This document shows, one piece after another, positions 43,291 through 53,700 of a DNA stretch of 64,000 bases. The number at the start of each line of letters is the position of its first letter. The first letter of the stretch is position 1. Source of the stretch: an uncultured Acetobacteraceae bacterium (lineage in GTDB: Bacteria; Pseudomonadota; Alphaproteobacteria; Acetobacterales; Acetobacteraceae); NCBI GenBank assembly GCA_964243265.1, contig CAXTFY010000001.1:15556-79555 (forward strand), in the 5' to 3' direction. The translations under genes were made by a program, and so were the position numbers. The notes under the pieces are model-generated. The model had not been told where the DNA came from. It saw only the letters and a program-made list of their open reading frames with translations, and searched no databases.

Positions 43291-44216
43291 GCGTCCTGTT
43301 CTTCAAAGCGATCATCCGCGGCGGCGCCCATGCCGACTTGTTCGCAACCCCCGTCACCGTCGCCGGGCACACGACGGCCGCGGGCACCTACGTCGCCCCA
43401 TACACCTCGATCAGGCACAAGGCGCCGGCCCCCCTGGTCGCCGACCTGCCGGACCTGCATCCGGAGCCGGAGCCGGAGGCGGAACCCTGCATCTTCTGCG
43501 GCGAGCCGGAGCGCGTGTCCGTGCACGAGGCATGGGGCCATGACTTCATGCTGGACTGCTGCTGCGAGGCCCGGCGTGACTTCGCGGTGCAAGAGATGGC
43601 CGAAGATCCGGACTATGCGCGCCAGCTCCTGGAGGCAAGCGGCGTCGGCCCGCTGCGCCGGGTGGCATTCACCGATGAGGGGTTCGGCCAGGTGCTCCTG
43701 GACTTCGAGCCACGCATTGCGCCGATCAGCCGCGCCGACGCCAACGCCTTCATCGGCCGATGGCACCGGCACAACCCGCCGCTGCCGGCGGACCTGTTCC
43801 GCGCGGGCGTCTGGAATGGGTCAACCCTGCTCGGCGTCGTCATGGCCGGTGCCCCGACGGCCCGGGCCTATATGCCGCAGTTCGCCGCGCGGGAGCTGTG
43901 CGAGGTGCGCCGGCTGTGCATCCGCACCGACCTGCCGCGTGAGCTGACCTGGCGGGCAGCCTCGGCGCTGTACGGCTATGCGGCGGAGCAGGCGGCAGCC
44001 CGCGGGTATCGCAAGATCATCACCTACACCCTCGCCTCGGAAGCGGGGATGAGCCTGCGCTACGCGCGCTGGAAGCCGGAAGCCACAATCCGCGGCAAGA
44101 CCTGGAATACGCCGAGCCGGCCGCGCCAGGACCGCGGCCCGGTCGAGGCCAAGGTCCGTTGGTTCAAGAAGCTCTCGCCGGCGCCGGTGACGCTGATGCT
44201 GCGCACGGCGGCCTGA
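43287..44216 (+). CDS. ILFLKA-module protein with GNAT-like (XF1762-family-like) domain
   Basis: TTG start in a TTGA overlap. 'VLFFKAIIRGGAHADLF..VTVAGHTTAAGTYVAPY'. Cys cluster 'CIFCG...DCCCE'. 'RWHRHNPP...LLGVVMAGAPTAR...EVRRLC...GYRKIITYTL..EAGMSLRYARW...KVRW'. Confidence 0.55.
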   Translation: MSVLFFKAIIRGGAHADLFATPVTVAGHTTAAGTYVAPYTSIRHKAPAPLVADLPDLHPEPEPEAEPCIFCGEPERVSVHEAWGHDFMLDCCCEARRDFAVQEMAEDPDYARQLLEASGVGPLRRVAFTDEGFGQVLLDFEPRIAPISRADANAFIGRWHRHNPPLPADLFRAGVWNGSTLLGVVMAGAPTARAYMPQFAARELCEVRRLCIRTDLPRELTWRAASALYGYAAEQAAARGYRKIITYTLASEAGMSLRYARWKPEATIRGKTWNTPSRPRQDRGPVEAKVRWFKKLSPAPVTLMLRTAA

Positions 44217-44231
44217 TCGAAGCCCTCCGGC

Positions 44232-44254
44232 TGTCGTGATGCCAGGCTGGGGCC
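44232..44254 (+). promoter_or_regulatory. TGTCGTGAT box ending at ATG 44255
   Basis: TGTCGTGATGCCAGGCTGGGGCC at -23 to -1. Confidence 0.5.
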
Positions 44255-47200
44255 ATGCTCCAGCACCCGCCCGTCGTCCTGTTTCTCAAGGCCACCATCC
44301 CGGGCGGTGCAGGCGACCTGTTCGCGCTGCCGGTCCAGGTTGCGGGCTACACGACACCTGACGGCACCTATGTTGCCCCGCACACGGCCATCCGGCACAA
44401 GCGGACCACCCTCCCGGCCGCCGCGCCAAAGGCCGCAGCGGTGGACCTGTTCGCCCATGCCGATGCGGCTGCTGCCCCCCCCAAGCCTGCGGGCAAAGCC
44501 AAGCCCAAGGCTGACACGGGGCCGGACCTTTTCAGCGCCATCTTGCACCCACCGGCGCCTGCCAAGCCTGCCAGCGAAGTTGCGGCCGCAACCGCAAAGC
44601 CGCCCGCGGTAGTAGAGTCCACACCCGCCTCCGGTCCGGCAGGGCTACGCACGGCAGCCGTTGGCGACGTGCTGGAAATCGACCTGCCTTACAAGAGCCG
44701 GTCGGTGCGCGCCCGGGTGCGGGTGGTCGAGCCGACATACCGGGATCACCGGGGCAGCGTCGTCCTGCTTGAGAAGCCGCCCCGCACGACGCTGGAGGTC
44801 GGCCGGACGCACCACGTCGATCAAGCCGTGGTCAATGCTGGGACGCTGCTTTCCGTCACCCCCGCCCTCACGGCTGCCGAGCTGGCGCAAGTTGCGTCGG
44901 CGGTCGCGCCAGCCCCCGCCCCGGCGCAAGCTGCGCCGGTCGGCGCACCTGCGGAGCTGGCAACCTTCGGGGTCGAGGCCGGGATCTCCGAGCCTGCCCG
45001 TCGCGCCCTGAATGCCGCCGCTGTCGCGGTGCTGACCAGCAAGCCCGATGCGGACATGACGGACGGCGACCGCGCGGTGCTGGCGCGCTACAGCGGCACC
45101 GGGGGATGCGGTGCCAGTCGCAACGAGTTCTACACCACGCCGGCGATCGCCCGGGCGATGTGGAGTCTGTTGGACCGCGCCGGGTTCCACGGCGGCGAGG
45201 TCTTGGAGCCGAGCTGCGGCACCGGCGTCTTCTTGCACACCGCGCCCCCTGGCGCGCATGTCGTCGGCGTCGAGATGGACCCGATCGGCGCCCGGATCTC
45301 CGGTATCCTGCACCGCCCGGCCGGGCATGAGGTCAATGCCGGAACGCTGGAAGCCTTCGCGCAAGGCGATGGGCGCCTGTTTGATGCGGTGATCGGCAAC
45401 CCGCCCTTCGGCATCCGCGGCGGCTCGGCCGGCGACGACAAAAAGAGCATTGCCAGCGCCGAGGACTATTTCCTCGATACCGCGCTGGACAAGCTCCGGA
45501 GTGGCGGCCTTCTAGCCATGATCGTGCCAACTGGCGTCATGGACGGCAAGGCCGGGCGCGGCTTCCGCGAGGCCCTGCTGTGCAAGGGGGAGTTCCTTGG
45601 TGGGTCGCGTTTGCCAAACACCGCATTCGAGGCGTCGCATACCGCTGTGACGTCCGACGTGCTGCTGTTCCGCCGGCGTCCGCAAGAGGTCGCCGGCGCG
45701 CTGTCAACCGTGGATCAGGACGTGCTGCAGCAGCTCGGCGTATGGGATGAGGAGTTCTTGTCCGGGTCCTATTTCGTCGCCGGCCGCGGCGCCGCCAACA
45801 TCCACGGCAACTTGGAACCCGGGTGGCGCGAAAAAGCCAACATGGGCCACGACATCACGGTGTCTGGTTCGATGGTGGGTGTGCCCGACGCCGTGCGTGA
45901 CATGCCGATCGAGGCGCCGGCGCCGTCTCCGGACATGGCAACCGTGCTCGCAGCCCTCGGCGACGACGATACGGCCAAGCGTCGGGCGGTCTCGGCCGCG
46001 CTGCGCCCTCCCTATCAAGTGGCCAAGCTCGGCGACGTGCAAACCGTGGACGGCATCCGGTACGTCCTGCAAGGCGAGCCGCCGCGGTGGCACCGCGCCG
46101 ACGAGGACCTGCCGCCGGCGGTCGCCGACGCGCTCGGCATCGCCGAGGTGCTGGAGGACCTGCACGAGGGCCGCGCGGCTGACCCGGCGATGGCCCGCGC
46201 GGGCCTGATCGAGGATCTTGACGCCTACGTGGGCAAGCACGGCACGCCAGGCCGCAGCAAAGCCCTGCGCGCCTGGCTCGCCAAGCCCTCTATGCCCAAC
46301 CTGGACGGGGTCGGCGGCAACGAGCACGGCGAGCGCGTCAACAGTGCCTACCGTCGCGTTGCGCGGCTGCTGGGCGCCGTCGGCGACGATGGCGGCTACT
46401 CCGACCTCGTGACCGGCGTGACCCGCCAGGCGGACGCGGCAAGCCTGGATACGATGGCCACCCGCCTGTCCCTCGAACGCGGCGGCTTCACCGCCGAACA
46501 GCTCGCCGCGGTCACGGGGGGGACAGCCGACCAGGTGCTAGACCACCTGTTCGCGTCCCCGGCCTACGCGGTCGAGCCGGACGGCCGCACTTGGAGCACG
46601 TTGGACTCCTACGTGTCCGGCGCCCTGTGGCCGAAGTTCGATGCCGCCACCGAAGCGGCGGCGACGCCCGGCGCCGACCCGGCGCTGGTGGCGAAGTGGG
46701 CCAGCCAAGCCGCGGTGCTGGACGCGGCGATCGCGCCGGCCTCGCTGGAGGACGTGGAGATCGCGCTCAACAGCGGCTTCATCCAGCCGGCGGTCATCAA
46801 TGCCTGGTTCCAAGCCCAGGAGGAGGCGCGTCGCGCCAAGCAGGGCAGGTATGGCCCGCAGTTCAACGTGGCCGAGCTGGAATACAAGGACGCGCTGTGG
46901 TCGGCCAAGGACGGCCGCGGCGTCAACGTCGGCGACACCCGGCTGATCCTCACCTTCCTCAACCGGACCGGCGTGCGCAAGGTGGACCGCGCAAAGCTGG
47001 TGCGGCTGAATGCGGAGTTTGCCGATTGGGTGCGCGGCTCGGACCTGCGGCAGTCCGTCGAGGACGGGTATAACCGCACCCACAAGGGTTTCATTGCGCC
47101 GGTGTTCTCCGACAAGCCCATTGACATACCCGGTCTAAACCCGCCATTCTCGGTTAATAATTACCACTGGTCGGGCCTTCGCTGGGCAATGCAGGCGGGC

Positions 47201-50200
47201 AGCGGCATTGTTGCCGATGATGTCGGGTTGGGCAAAACGCCTCGTGGCCTGATGCTTTCTAAACTTATGCAATCGACCGGTCAGGCGAAAAAGCCGGTTA
47301 TTGTCGTTCCGAAGTCGGTACTGGCGAATTGGGTCAAGGAAGCCGAGCAATGGTTCCCTGGCGCGAAAATCCTGGTCATCGGCGAAACCTACAAGACGGA
47401 CAAGGCCGGCAACGTTACCTCGAAGTCTGACGATGCCGAGACGCGGCAGGAGAAGTTCCACAACCTCCAACAAAACAGCCATGACTTCGTTTTCATCTCG
47501 CAACCCGCGTGGAACGAGCTGGACGTTAGCCCGGACCTCAAGGCGGGCTACCAGAGCGACGATTTCTGGACCCAACGTGGCGAAGCCATGGCCAACGCCA
47601 AGGCCTCCAAGATCGAGCGCGCCCGCGCGGCCGATGAACAGCGCGTTGCGGTCAAGGAGTTCGAGAGCCGGGAAGGCACGGTTTACTTTGACGAGTTGGG
47701 CATAGACGCGCTCATCATGGACGAGGGCCACGCCTATAAAAACCTGTATTCTGCCCGTGCTCGGTTCGGCGAAAAGCCGAAGTTCCTGGGCGGCTCCGGC
47801 GAAAGCAACCGGGCACAAGATACCTACTACAAGACCCGGGCATTGCGGTCCAAAAACGGCGGCAAGGGCGTTTTCATGCTGACGGCCACGCCCACGAAAA
47901 ACTCGCCGTTGGAAATTTACTCGATGCTGGCGCAGATCGCGCCGGAGGCCTTCGAGAAAATGGGCATCCGCAACTCGGAAGCCTTCCTAGACCGGTTCTG
48001 CGAGTTCTCGATGGACATGGTGCCGACCATTGATGGCGGCGTGGACGAGGAGCTAGTGACCAGCGGCTTCAAGAATTTGGACGAGCTGCGGGAGGTGATG
48101 AAGCGATACATCGACCGGCGGACCGCGGCTGACGTGGGCCTGGTGATCCCCAAGGGGCTGCCGGTCGATCACTACGTCGATATGTCCCCGGCGCAAGAGG
48201 AAGCCTACCAGGAGTTGCGGGCGCAGTACGCGGCCGTCGCCGACGGCACCGCCGACGCCACCGGCGAAAGCCATATCTTCTCGATCATGAATCGCATGGG
48301 CAAGGCGTCGCTGGACCTGTCCCTGCTTGACCCGTCCTACCATGGCGAGCGTGCGCCGAAGGTCGATGCCTGCGTTGATGCGGCGATCGAGCACGCCGGC
48401 GACGGCGGCCAGATCATCTTCTGCGACGCCAACGACATGCACGAGCGGATTGCCGCCTCCCTGGTCGCCCGCGGCGTGCCGCGCAACCGCATCGGCATCA
48501 TCAACGCGACGGCCGCCGAAGGGTCGGCCGCACGGCAGAAAATCTGCGACCAGTTCAACTCGGGCAAATTGGGCTACGTGATCGGCAACACGGCGACGAT
48601 GGGCGAGGGCGTGAACCTGCAAAAGGGCACCTCGGACATCCATCACCTCGATCTGCCATGGGAGCCGGCGTCCATGCACCAGCGCAACGGCCGCGGGGTC
48701 CGGCAGGGCAACAAGAAGGGCAGCGTGCGCCTGCATACCTACCTCGCCAAGGGCAGCTTCGACGGCTACCGCCTCGCCACGATGATGGCGAAAAAGGACT
48801 GGCAGGACTTGCTGTGGAACGGTGGCGACAAGGTCGAGAACCTGTCCCGCTCCGGCGCAAACTCCCGCTCGGAAGTGCTGATTATGATGTCCGCCAACCC
48901 GGACGAAGCCCGCAAGGCGTATGATGCGAACAAGTCAGCCGCGGTGGAGCGCCGGCGTGCCGAGGATCGCGGCCAGGCGATCGCGGCATTCGACCGCTTC
49001 GATAAGATGGGCCGCGCGCTGGCGAAGCTGCGCGCGGAGCAGGACCCCTTGAAGGTGCAGGCGGGCGCGATCGCGCGCCTGGAAAAGAAGCGGCAGGTGC
49101 TTCATGGCGCGCTGCGCGACCTGCCGGCCTTCACGCATAAGGATCTGCTGGACCATCCGCACCCGGCCGTCATCGAGCCGGTGACAAACCATGCGTGGAC
49201 GCGCGGGCGCGGCCTCGTGCTGCACGGCGGCAGCGAGGGGCCGGCCAACTGGAGCGAGGACGAGTCGCGCTGGGTGGTCACGGGCGTCGATGCCGACGCC
49301 GGCACGGTGTCGGTGCGGGGCTACGGCGGCAACTCGCACTCCGACCGGCCCACCCTGGACTTCGATCTAAAGGACATGAAGGCGGGCGTGACCCCATTCG
49401 ACTACAGCGAGAAGGCCGAAAAGGCGGAGGTCGCCGACGCCGACACGGCGTACCGCACCATGGTCGGACAGCGGACGGCCGCCAAGATGGCCAACCCCAA
49501 CGGGCTGGGGCTGGTCGAGATGCGCGACCTGCCGCCCGACGTGCTGGCCAACCAGGCGGACCTGGTGCGTAGCCACATGCGCCTGCAGATCGAGCGTTAC
49601 CGGGACGGGCACAGCCAAGTCTATGGCCTGACCAACCACGAAGGCCGGCCGGTGGCGGCGCAGAGTTTCGAGGTGCGCAAGCTGCTCGGCGACCACGACC
49701 TGATCCTGCCGACGCCGGACGGCCGCGCCAAGGCAGTCGAGGGCTATGTCGATGCCGCCATGCGGCGCGGCGTCGTCACGCCGACCCAAACCGGCACGCG
49801 GATGCGCAGCTACAACGGCGCCAGCATGAGCACGGCCATCAAGCCAACCTATGAAGGGTTCGAGCACAGCACCAGCACCAGCGGCAATCCCTGGGAACAC
49901 GTCATCAAGGACGTGTTCGGGGAAGACGCGACCGCCGCGCAAGCCGCCGTGCGGGAGGAGGTCAAGCGGCGCATCGACTCTGCGCCGACCTTCCGGGATG
50001 CCGTGATCGCTGCGACAAAAGGGGTGGAGGTGCCGGCCTATGGCTGGGGCACCACCAGCAAGGGCAACCCGTGGCCGGCCGACGTCGTGCGCAGCCTAGC
50101 GGCCCGGGCGGCGAAGGATAAGGTGCTGGATTGGGACATGCACAAGGCGGCCAAGCCGTCGCAAAGCAGCTACAAGCCGGACCTGCATCCGGAGCTGTTG

Positions 50201-50329
50201 AAGCACGGCGGGGTCAACTACGCTGCGGATATGTCGCAATACGGCAATAGCCGCTCGCACCGGGTCCGTGACTTCCTGGAAGCCATCTCACATCCGGCGG
50301 ACAAAGCCGCCCTGAAAGCGGCCCCCTGA
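44255..50329 (+). CDS. 2024-aa DarB-like polyvalent protein: ILFLKA module plus N6-adenine methyltransferase plus SNF2-type helicase
   Basis: Methylase motif I 'LEPSCGTGVFL' and motif IV 'GNPPFG' (about 45200-45412). SNF2 motifs 'DDVGLGKT' (about 47215), 'MDEGHAYKN' (about 47720), 'LTATPTKNSPLE', and helicase-C 'GEGVNLQ...HHLDLPWEPASMHQRNGRGVRQGN'. Confidence 0.85.
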   Translation: MLQHPPVVLFLKATIPGGAGDLFALPVQVAGYTTPDGTYVAPHTAIRHKRTTLPAAAPKAAAVDLFAHADAAAAPPKPAGKAKPKADTGPDLFSAILHPPAPAKPASEVAAATAKPPAVVESTPASGPAGLRTAAVGDVLEIDLPYKSRSVRARVRVVEPTYRDHRGSVVLLEKPPRTTLEVGRTHHVDQAVVNAGTLLSVTPALTAAELAQVASAVAPAPAPAQAAPVGAPAELATFGVEAGISEPARRALNAAAVAVLTSKPDADMTDGDRAVLARYSGTGGCGASRNEFYTTPAIARAMWSLLDRAGFHGGEVLEPSCGTGVFLHTAPPGAHVVGVEMDPIGARISGILHRPAGHEVNAGTLEAFAQGDGRLFDAVIGNPPFGIRGGSAGDDKKSIASAEDYFLDTALDKLRSGGLLAMIVPTGVMDGKAGRGFREALLCKGEFLGGSRLPNTAFEASHTAVTSDVLLFRRRPQEVAGALSTVDQDVLQQLGVWDEEFLSGSYFVAGRGAANIHGNLEPGWREKANMGHDITVSGSMVGVPDAVRDMPIEAPAPSPDMATVLAALGDDDTAKRRAVSAALRPPYQVAKLGDVQTVDGIRYVLQGEPPRWHRADEDLPPAVADALGIAEVLEDLHEGRAADPAMARAGLIEDLDAYVGKHGTPGRSKALRAWLAKPSMPNLDGVGGNEHGERVNSAYRRVARLLGAVGDDGGYSDLVTGVTRQADAASLDTMATRLSLERGGFTAEQLAAVTGGTADQVLDHLFASPAYAVEPDGRTWSTLDSYVSGALWPKFDAATEAAATPGADPALVAKWASQAAVLDAAIAPASLEDVEIALNSGFIQPAVINAWFQAQEEARRAKQGRYGPQFNVAELEYKDALWSAKDGRGVNVGDTRLILTFLNRTGVRKVDRAKLVRLNAEFADWVRGSDLRQSVEDGYNRTHKGFIAPVFSDKPIDIPGLNPPFSVNNYHWSGLRWAMQAGSGIVADDVGLGKTPRGLMLSKLMQSTGQAKKPVIVVPKSVLANWVKEAEQWFPGAKILVIGETYKTDKAGNVTSKSDDAETRQEKFHNLQQNSHDFVFISQPAWNELDVSPDLKAGYQSDDFWTQRGEAMANAKASKIERARAADEQRVAVKEFESREGTVYFDELGIDALIMDEGHAYKNLYSARARFGEKPKFLGGSGESNRAQDTYYKTRALRSKNGGKGVFMLTATPTKNSPLEIYSMLAQIAPEAFEKMGIRNSEAFLDRFCEFSMDMVPTIDGGVDEELVTSGFKNLDELREVMKRYIDRRTAADVGLVIPKGLPVDHYVDMSPAQEEAYQELRAQYAAVADGTADATGESHIFSIMNRMGKASLDLSLLDPSYHGERAPKVDACVDAAIEHAGDGGQIIFCDANDMHERIAASLVARGVPRNRIGIINATAAEGSAARQKICDQFNSGKLGYVIGNTATMGEGVNLQKGTSDIHHLDLPWEPASMHQRNGRGVRQGNKKGSVRLHTYLAKGSFDGYRLATMMAKKDWQDLLWNGGDKVENLSRSGANSRSEVLIMMSANPDEARKAYDANKSAAVERRRAEDRGQAIAAFDRFDKMGRALAKLRAEQDPLKVQAGAIARLEKKRQVLHGALRDLPAFTHKDLLDHPHPAVIEPVTNHAWTRGRGLVLHGGSEGPANWSEDESRWVVTGVDADAGTVSVRGYGGNSHSDRPTLDFDLKDMKAGVTPFDYSEKAEKAEVADADTAYRTMVGQRTAAKMANPNGLGLVEMRDLPPDVLANQADLVRSHMRLQIERYRDGHSQVYGLTNHEGRPVAAQSFEVRKLLGDHDLILPTPDGRAKAVEGYVDAAMRRGVVTPTQTGTRMRSYNGASMSTAIKPTYEGFEHSTSTSGNPWEHVIKDVFGEDATAAQAAVREEVKRRIDSAPTFRDAVIAATKGVEVPAYGWGTTSKGNPWPADVVRSLAARAAKDKVLDWDMHKAAKPSQSSYKPDLHPELLKHGGVNYAADMSQYGNSRSHRVRDFLEAISHPADKAALKAAP

Positions 50330-50658
50330 TGCCAGCGATCGACATGGCCAAGACGCTGAACACCGTGCTGCACCAGCTCCAGGGCGACCCCATCCGCTAC
50401 CGGCTGTTCGGCATCTACTGGTGGCCGGTCAAGCTCCTGCTCAAGCGCGCCGGCTACGGCCGTCACCAGCTTTACCTGCTTGGCGACTACCAGGACGCGG
50501 GCACGGCTGACCTGGTGCCGCGCATGAACCTGCAAGACACGATGACGGCTGCGTTGGAGGAGTTCCGCCGCAACGCCATCTTCCCGCACGCCGGCGGCAT
50601 GGTCGAAAGCCCGGACGGCGAAATGGTCCGCCTGTTCGATCAGGATGCCGGCATGTAG
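50329..50658 (+). CDS. hypothetical protein
   Basis: TGATG junction with the 2024-aa gene. 109 aa. Confidence 0.5.
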   Translation: MPAIDMAKTLNTVLHQLQGDPIRYRLFGIYWWPVKLLLKRAGYGRHQLYLLGDYQDAGTADLVPRMNLQDTMTAALEEFRRNAIFPHAGGMVESPDGEMVRLFDQDAGM

Positions 50659-50705
50659 CGAGGAATTGCCGACGTTTGGCTAAAGGCCGAGCACGGTGCT
50701 CCTGT

Positions 50706-50728
50706 TGTCGTGACGCCACCCTGGCGCC
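50706..50728 (+). promoter_or_regulatory. TGTCGTGAC box ending at ATG 50729
   Basis: TGTCGTGACGCCACCCTGGCGCC at -23 to -1. Confidence 0.5.
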
Positions 50729-53700
50729 ATGCCCTTCTCGTCGCGCATCCTGTTCCTGGCGTCCACGGCGCCGCTCGGCAAGGCGCTGGCGGCCGGCGAA
50801 CGCTGGATAACCGTCCGTCCCAACGGCCCCGGCACCCAGGGCCACCCCCTGCTGATCAAGCCGGCCGGCGATGGGTCGATGAAAGTCATCGGCGGCGCCG
50901 GCGGCAGCTTGAACCATCTGCGGCTGACCGGAGTAAAATCCGAGGACGCCTACAAAGAGGAAGCCCGGCAGCGCAGCAAGAGCCACAAGGAAGCCCGCAA
51001 GCGACAGGTCGAGGGCGACAAGGCACTTGGCCTGCATGGGACCAAGACGGTTGCACGGGAGGCGGTGAAGGAACAGCTCCGCAATCACGAGCGCGCGTTC
51101 GTGAAAACGGTCGGGGAGGCGTTGGGCTGGAAGCCGGAGGCGATGCGCTTCCCGTCGGAGGCATTCGCCAACGCGACGCCGGAGGCACAGGACCAGGCGG
51201 CCAAAGAGCACGGCCGCAAGCTGTTCGAGCACGCGCGGGCGGCCGTCGATCACCAGCGGCAACGCCTGGTGCAAGATGCCGAGCTGCGGGCCGAGGCTGG
51301 GCTAGGCGAGGTGCCACTAACGGCCGCGGCGCCGGAGGACCTGACGGTACAGGATCTCTCGCCGGTGGACGACGCGACAAAGGGCCTGGGGTTCGCGCCG
51401 GAGTATGACAAGCGCGCCGAAGCGGCGGGCCTGACGCCGGAGGAGCGCCAGGAGGAAGCGGCGACCTTCAAGCCGGCGCCAGTCAAGCCGCCGGCCGAGG
51501 GCGAACCGACGCCGGAGGAGCGCCGCAGGGCCAAGGGCGAGGCGATCACCAAGGAGCTGGAGGCCATCCGCGAGCCTGGCCCGAAGGTGGACCGGCACGC
51601 CGTCGTGGATGCAAAGAAGGCGGTCGAGCTGCTGCGCGCCGAAAAGGCGCTGAAAGCCGCCCGGAAGTCAGCCGCGGGGCACAACAAGGCGATCGACGCC
51701 GCGAAGGAGCAGGTGGAGCCGGCCGCCTATCCCGTGGAGGTTGGCGGTGCGGCGCCGGACAGCGCGATCACGGCCGAGCTGGAAGGCGACCTACGCACCC
51801 TGAAGACGCGCGCTTTCCTTGATGAGGTCGGCAAGGTGTCGGGCGGGGAAGCATTGGGCCGGCACATCGGGGTCGGGGCCTACAACAGCATCAACGCCCT
51901 GGCGCTCGCCGCCGGCGGCGCGGCCCTGATGGACCGGTCCGCGGTGGACGTGCTGGGCATCGCCGGCAGCGCGCAAGTGCTGGCCCGGCGCCTGGCATCC
52001 GACCTGACGCCGGAGGAGCTGCAGCACACCCAGGAAGCGATGGCCAGCTTCCATCTGGACCACTACATGCCGGCGTCGGACAAGGCGCTACGGGAGGCCC
52101 GTAGCTGGCACGAAATGGCGCAGGAGATCGAGCTAGGCGAAGCCGCCTCCGGCGCTGACCTGGCCGTGGCCCAGGAATTGAACGCCAAACGGCGGGAGTT
52201 CACCGCCGCGGCCGAGCGCACGTTGGGCACGGCGCTCGGCGAGATGGAAGCGAACGCCGCGCTGGTGCTGGCGCTGAAGCAGCCGAAAAAGGAACAGGTG
52301 CAGGTCAGTCTGGGCAAGGTCAGCATCGAGTCCGCGATCACCAGGTTGCGCGCCCTGGGGTTGGAGCGGGGTGAATACTCCCTCGAAAAGGTCGGGGTTA
52401 GCACCATGCTGGTGGTCGGCGGTGCCGGCATGGATCGCCTGGCGCAGCCGATCGCGCGGGAGGACCTGGCGCGGGTGCGTGACAGCCTGGACATCATCGA
52501 GGGGCGCCGGGACGAAGCCGACTGGCTGCCGGACGGCGTCGCCCGGCGGCCGGAGGGGGCCATGAACGTGGTGCCGGGCACCGCCGCGCGCCTGGCGCAG
52601 CCCTACCAGGCCGGGTCCGGCCCGGATGGCACCCGGCGGGCGGTGGAGGACTACATCGGCGGGCGCGCGGCCGACGGGGACAGCCCGGCGGAGATCGTGG
52701 CCTCGCTGCTGTCCGAGGAGACGCTGAAGGCCAGCGGCGACCGCCGCGGCTTCATGGCGGCCGTGGACAGCCTGGCGCCGCTGTATGACGGGGAGGGCAA
52801 GATCGTCCGAGCCGAGGCGCACACGGCCACCTTCGAGCGGCTCGCGGACGCATTCACGCAGCGGCGGTATGGCGGCAAGCTCGCCCCGATCCACAAGCAA
52901 GTGTTTCCCGTGGATCAAACGGCGGTCAACAGCCTCCATGCCGCCCTGGCCAAGCACCCCGAGGGGGTCGCCGCCTTCAAGCCGATCGCCGACCTGACGC
53001 CGCAGGACCAGGGCAGCCTGCGGGCCGCCTTCGGCGAGGAGTTCGGCCGCTCGGACCCGGCAGCCGAGGCGATGCGGGCGGAGCTGGACAAGCTGGCGGC
53101 CAGCGAACCCGCCCGGGAGGTGTCGGATATGTTCGGAACGGGACCAAACCCGTTGCACACCGACTGGCGCGCGAACCGGGACGGGCTGGCCGAAAAGCTG
53201 AATGCGGCCTCGATGACGTGGGGCAAGTACTGCGAGGTCTTGGGCAGCCCGGCGAACGCCTACCGGGCGATGCAGGACGTGGTGCGCAGCAAGGTGCTGC
53301 GGGAGTTCGCCGACGGCCAGAACCGCGCCAGCCCGGACGCCGCCCTGAAGGTGGGCCGGACAGTCATCGCGCACGACCTGAACCACCTCGATGCGCTGGA
53401 CCCGGTCGCGCGGGAAAAGCGCCTGGCGGCGCACCGGGCGCTGGCGGACAGTCTGCGCAACCGGGTGGCGGGGCAGTACTCCGCCGGGTCGGTGTCGGAC
53501 AAGTTGGACGCCGAACGTGCTCACGAGGAAGCGTTCGGGCAAAGTCAGATGGGGCTGTTCGGCGCCAGCTCGCCGCCGGACGCGGCCGATGATGCGGCGC
53601 CGGAGCCTGCCAAGCCGCCGGCACTCGGCGAACGCTATACCATCGGCCACCAGGCGGAGCGCCAGGTCGCCGGCATGATGCCGATTGTCGGGAGCAACTT

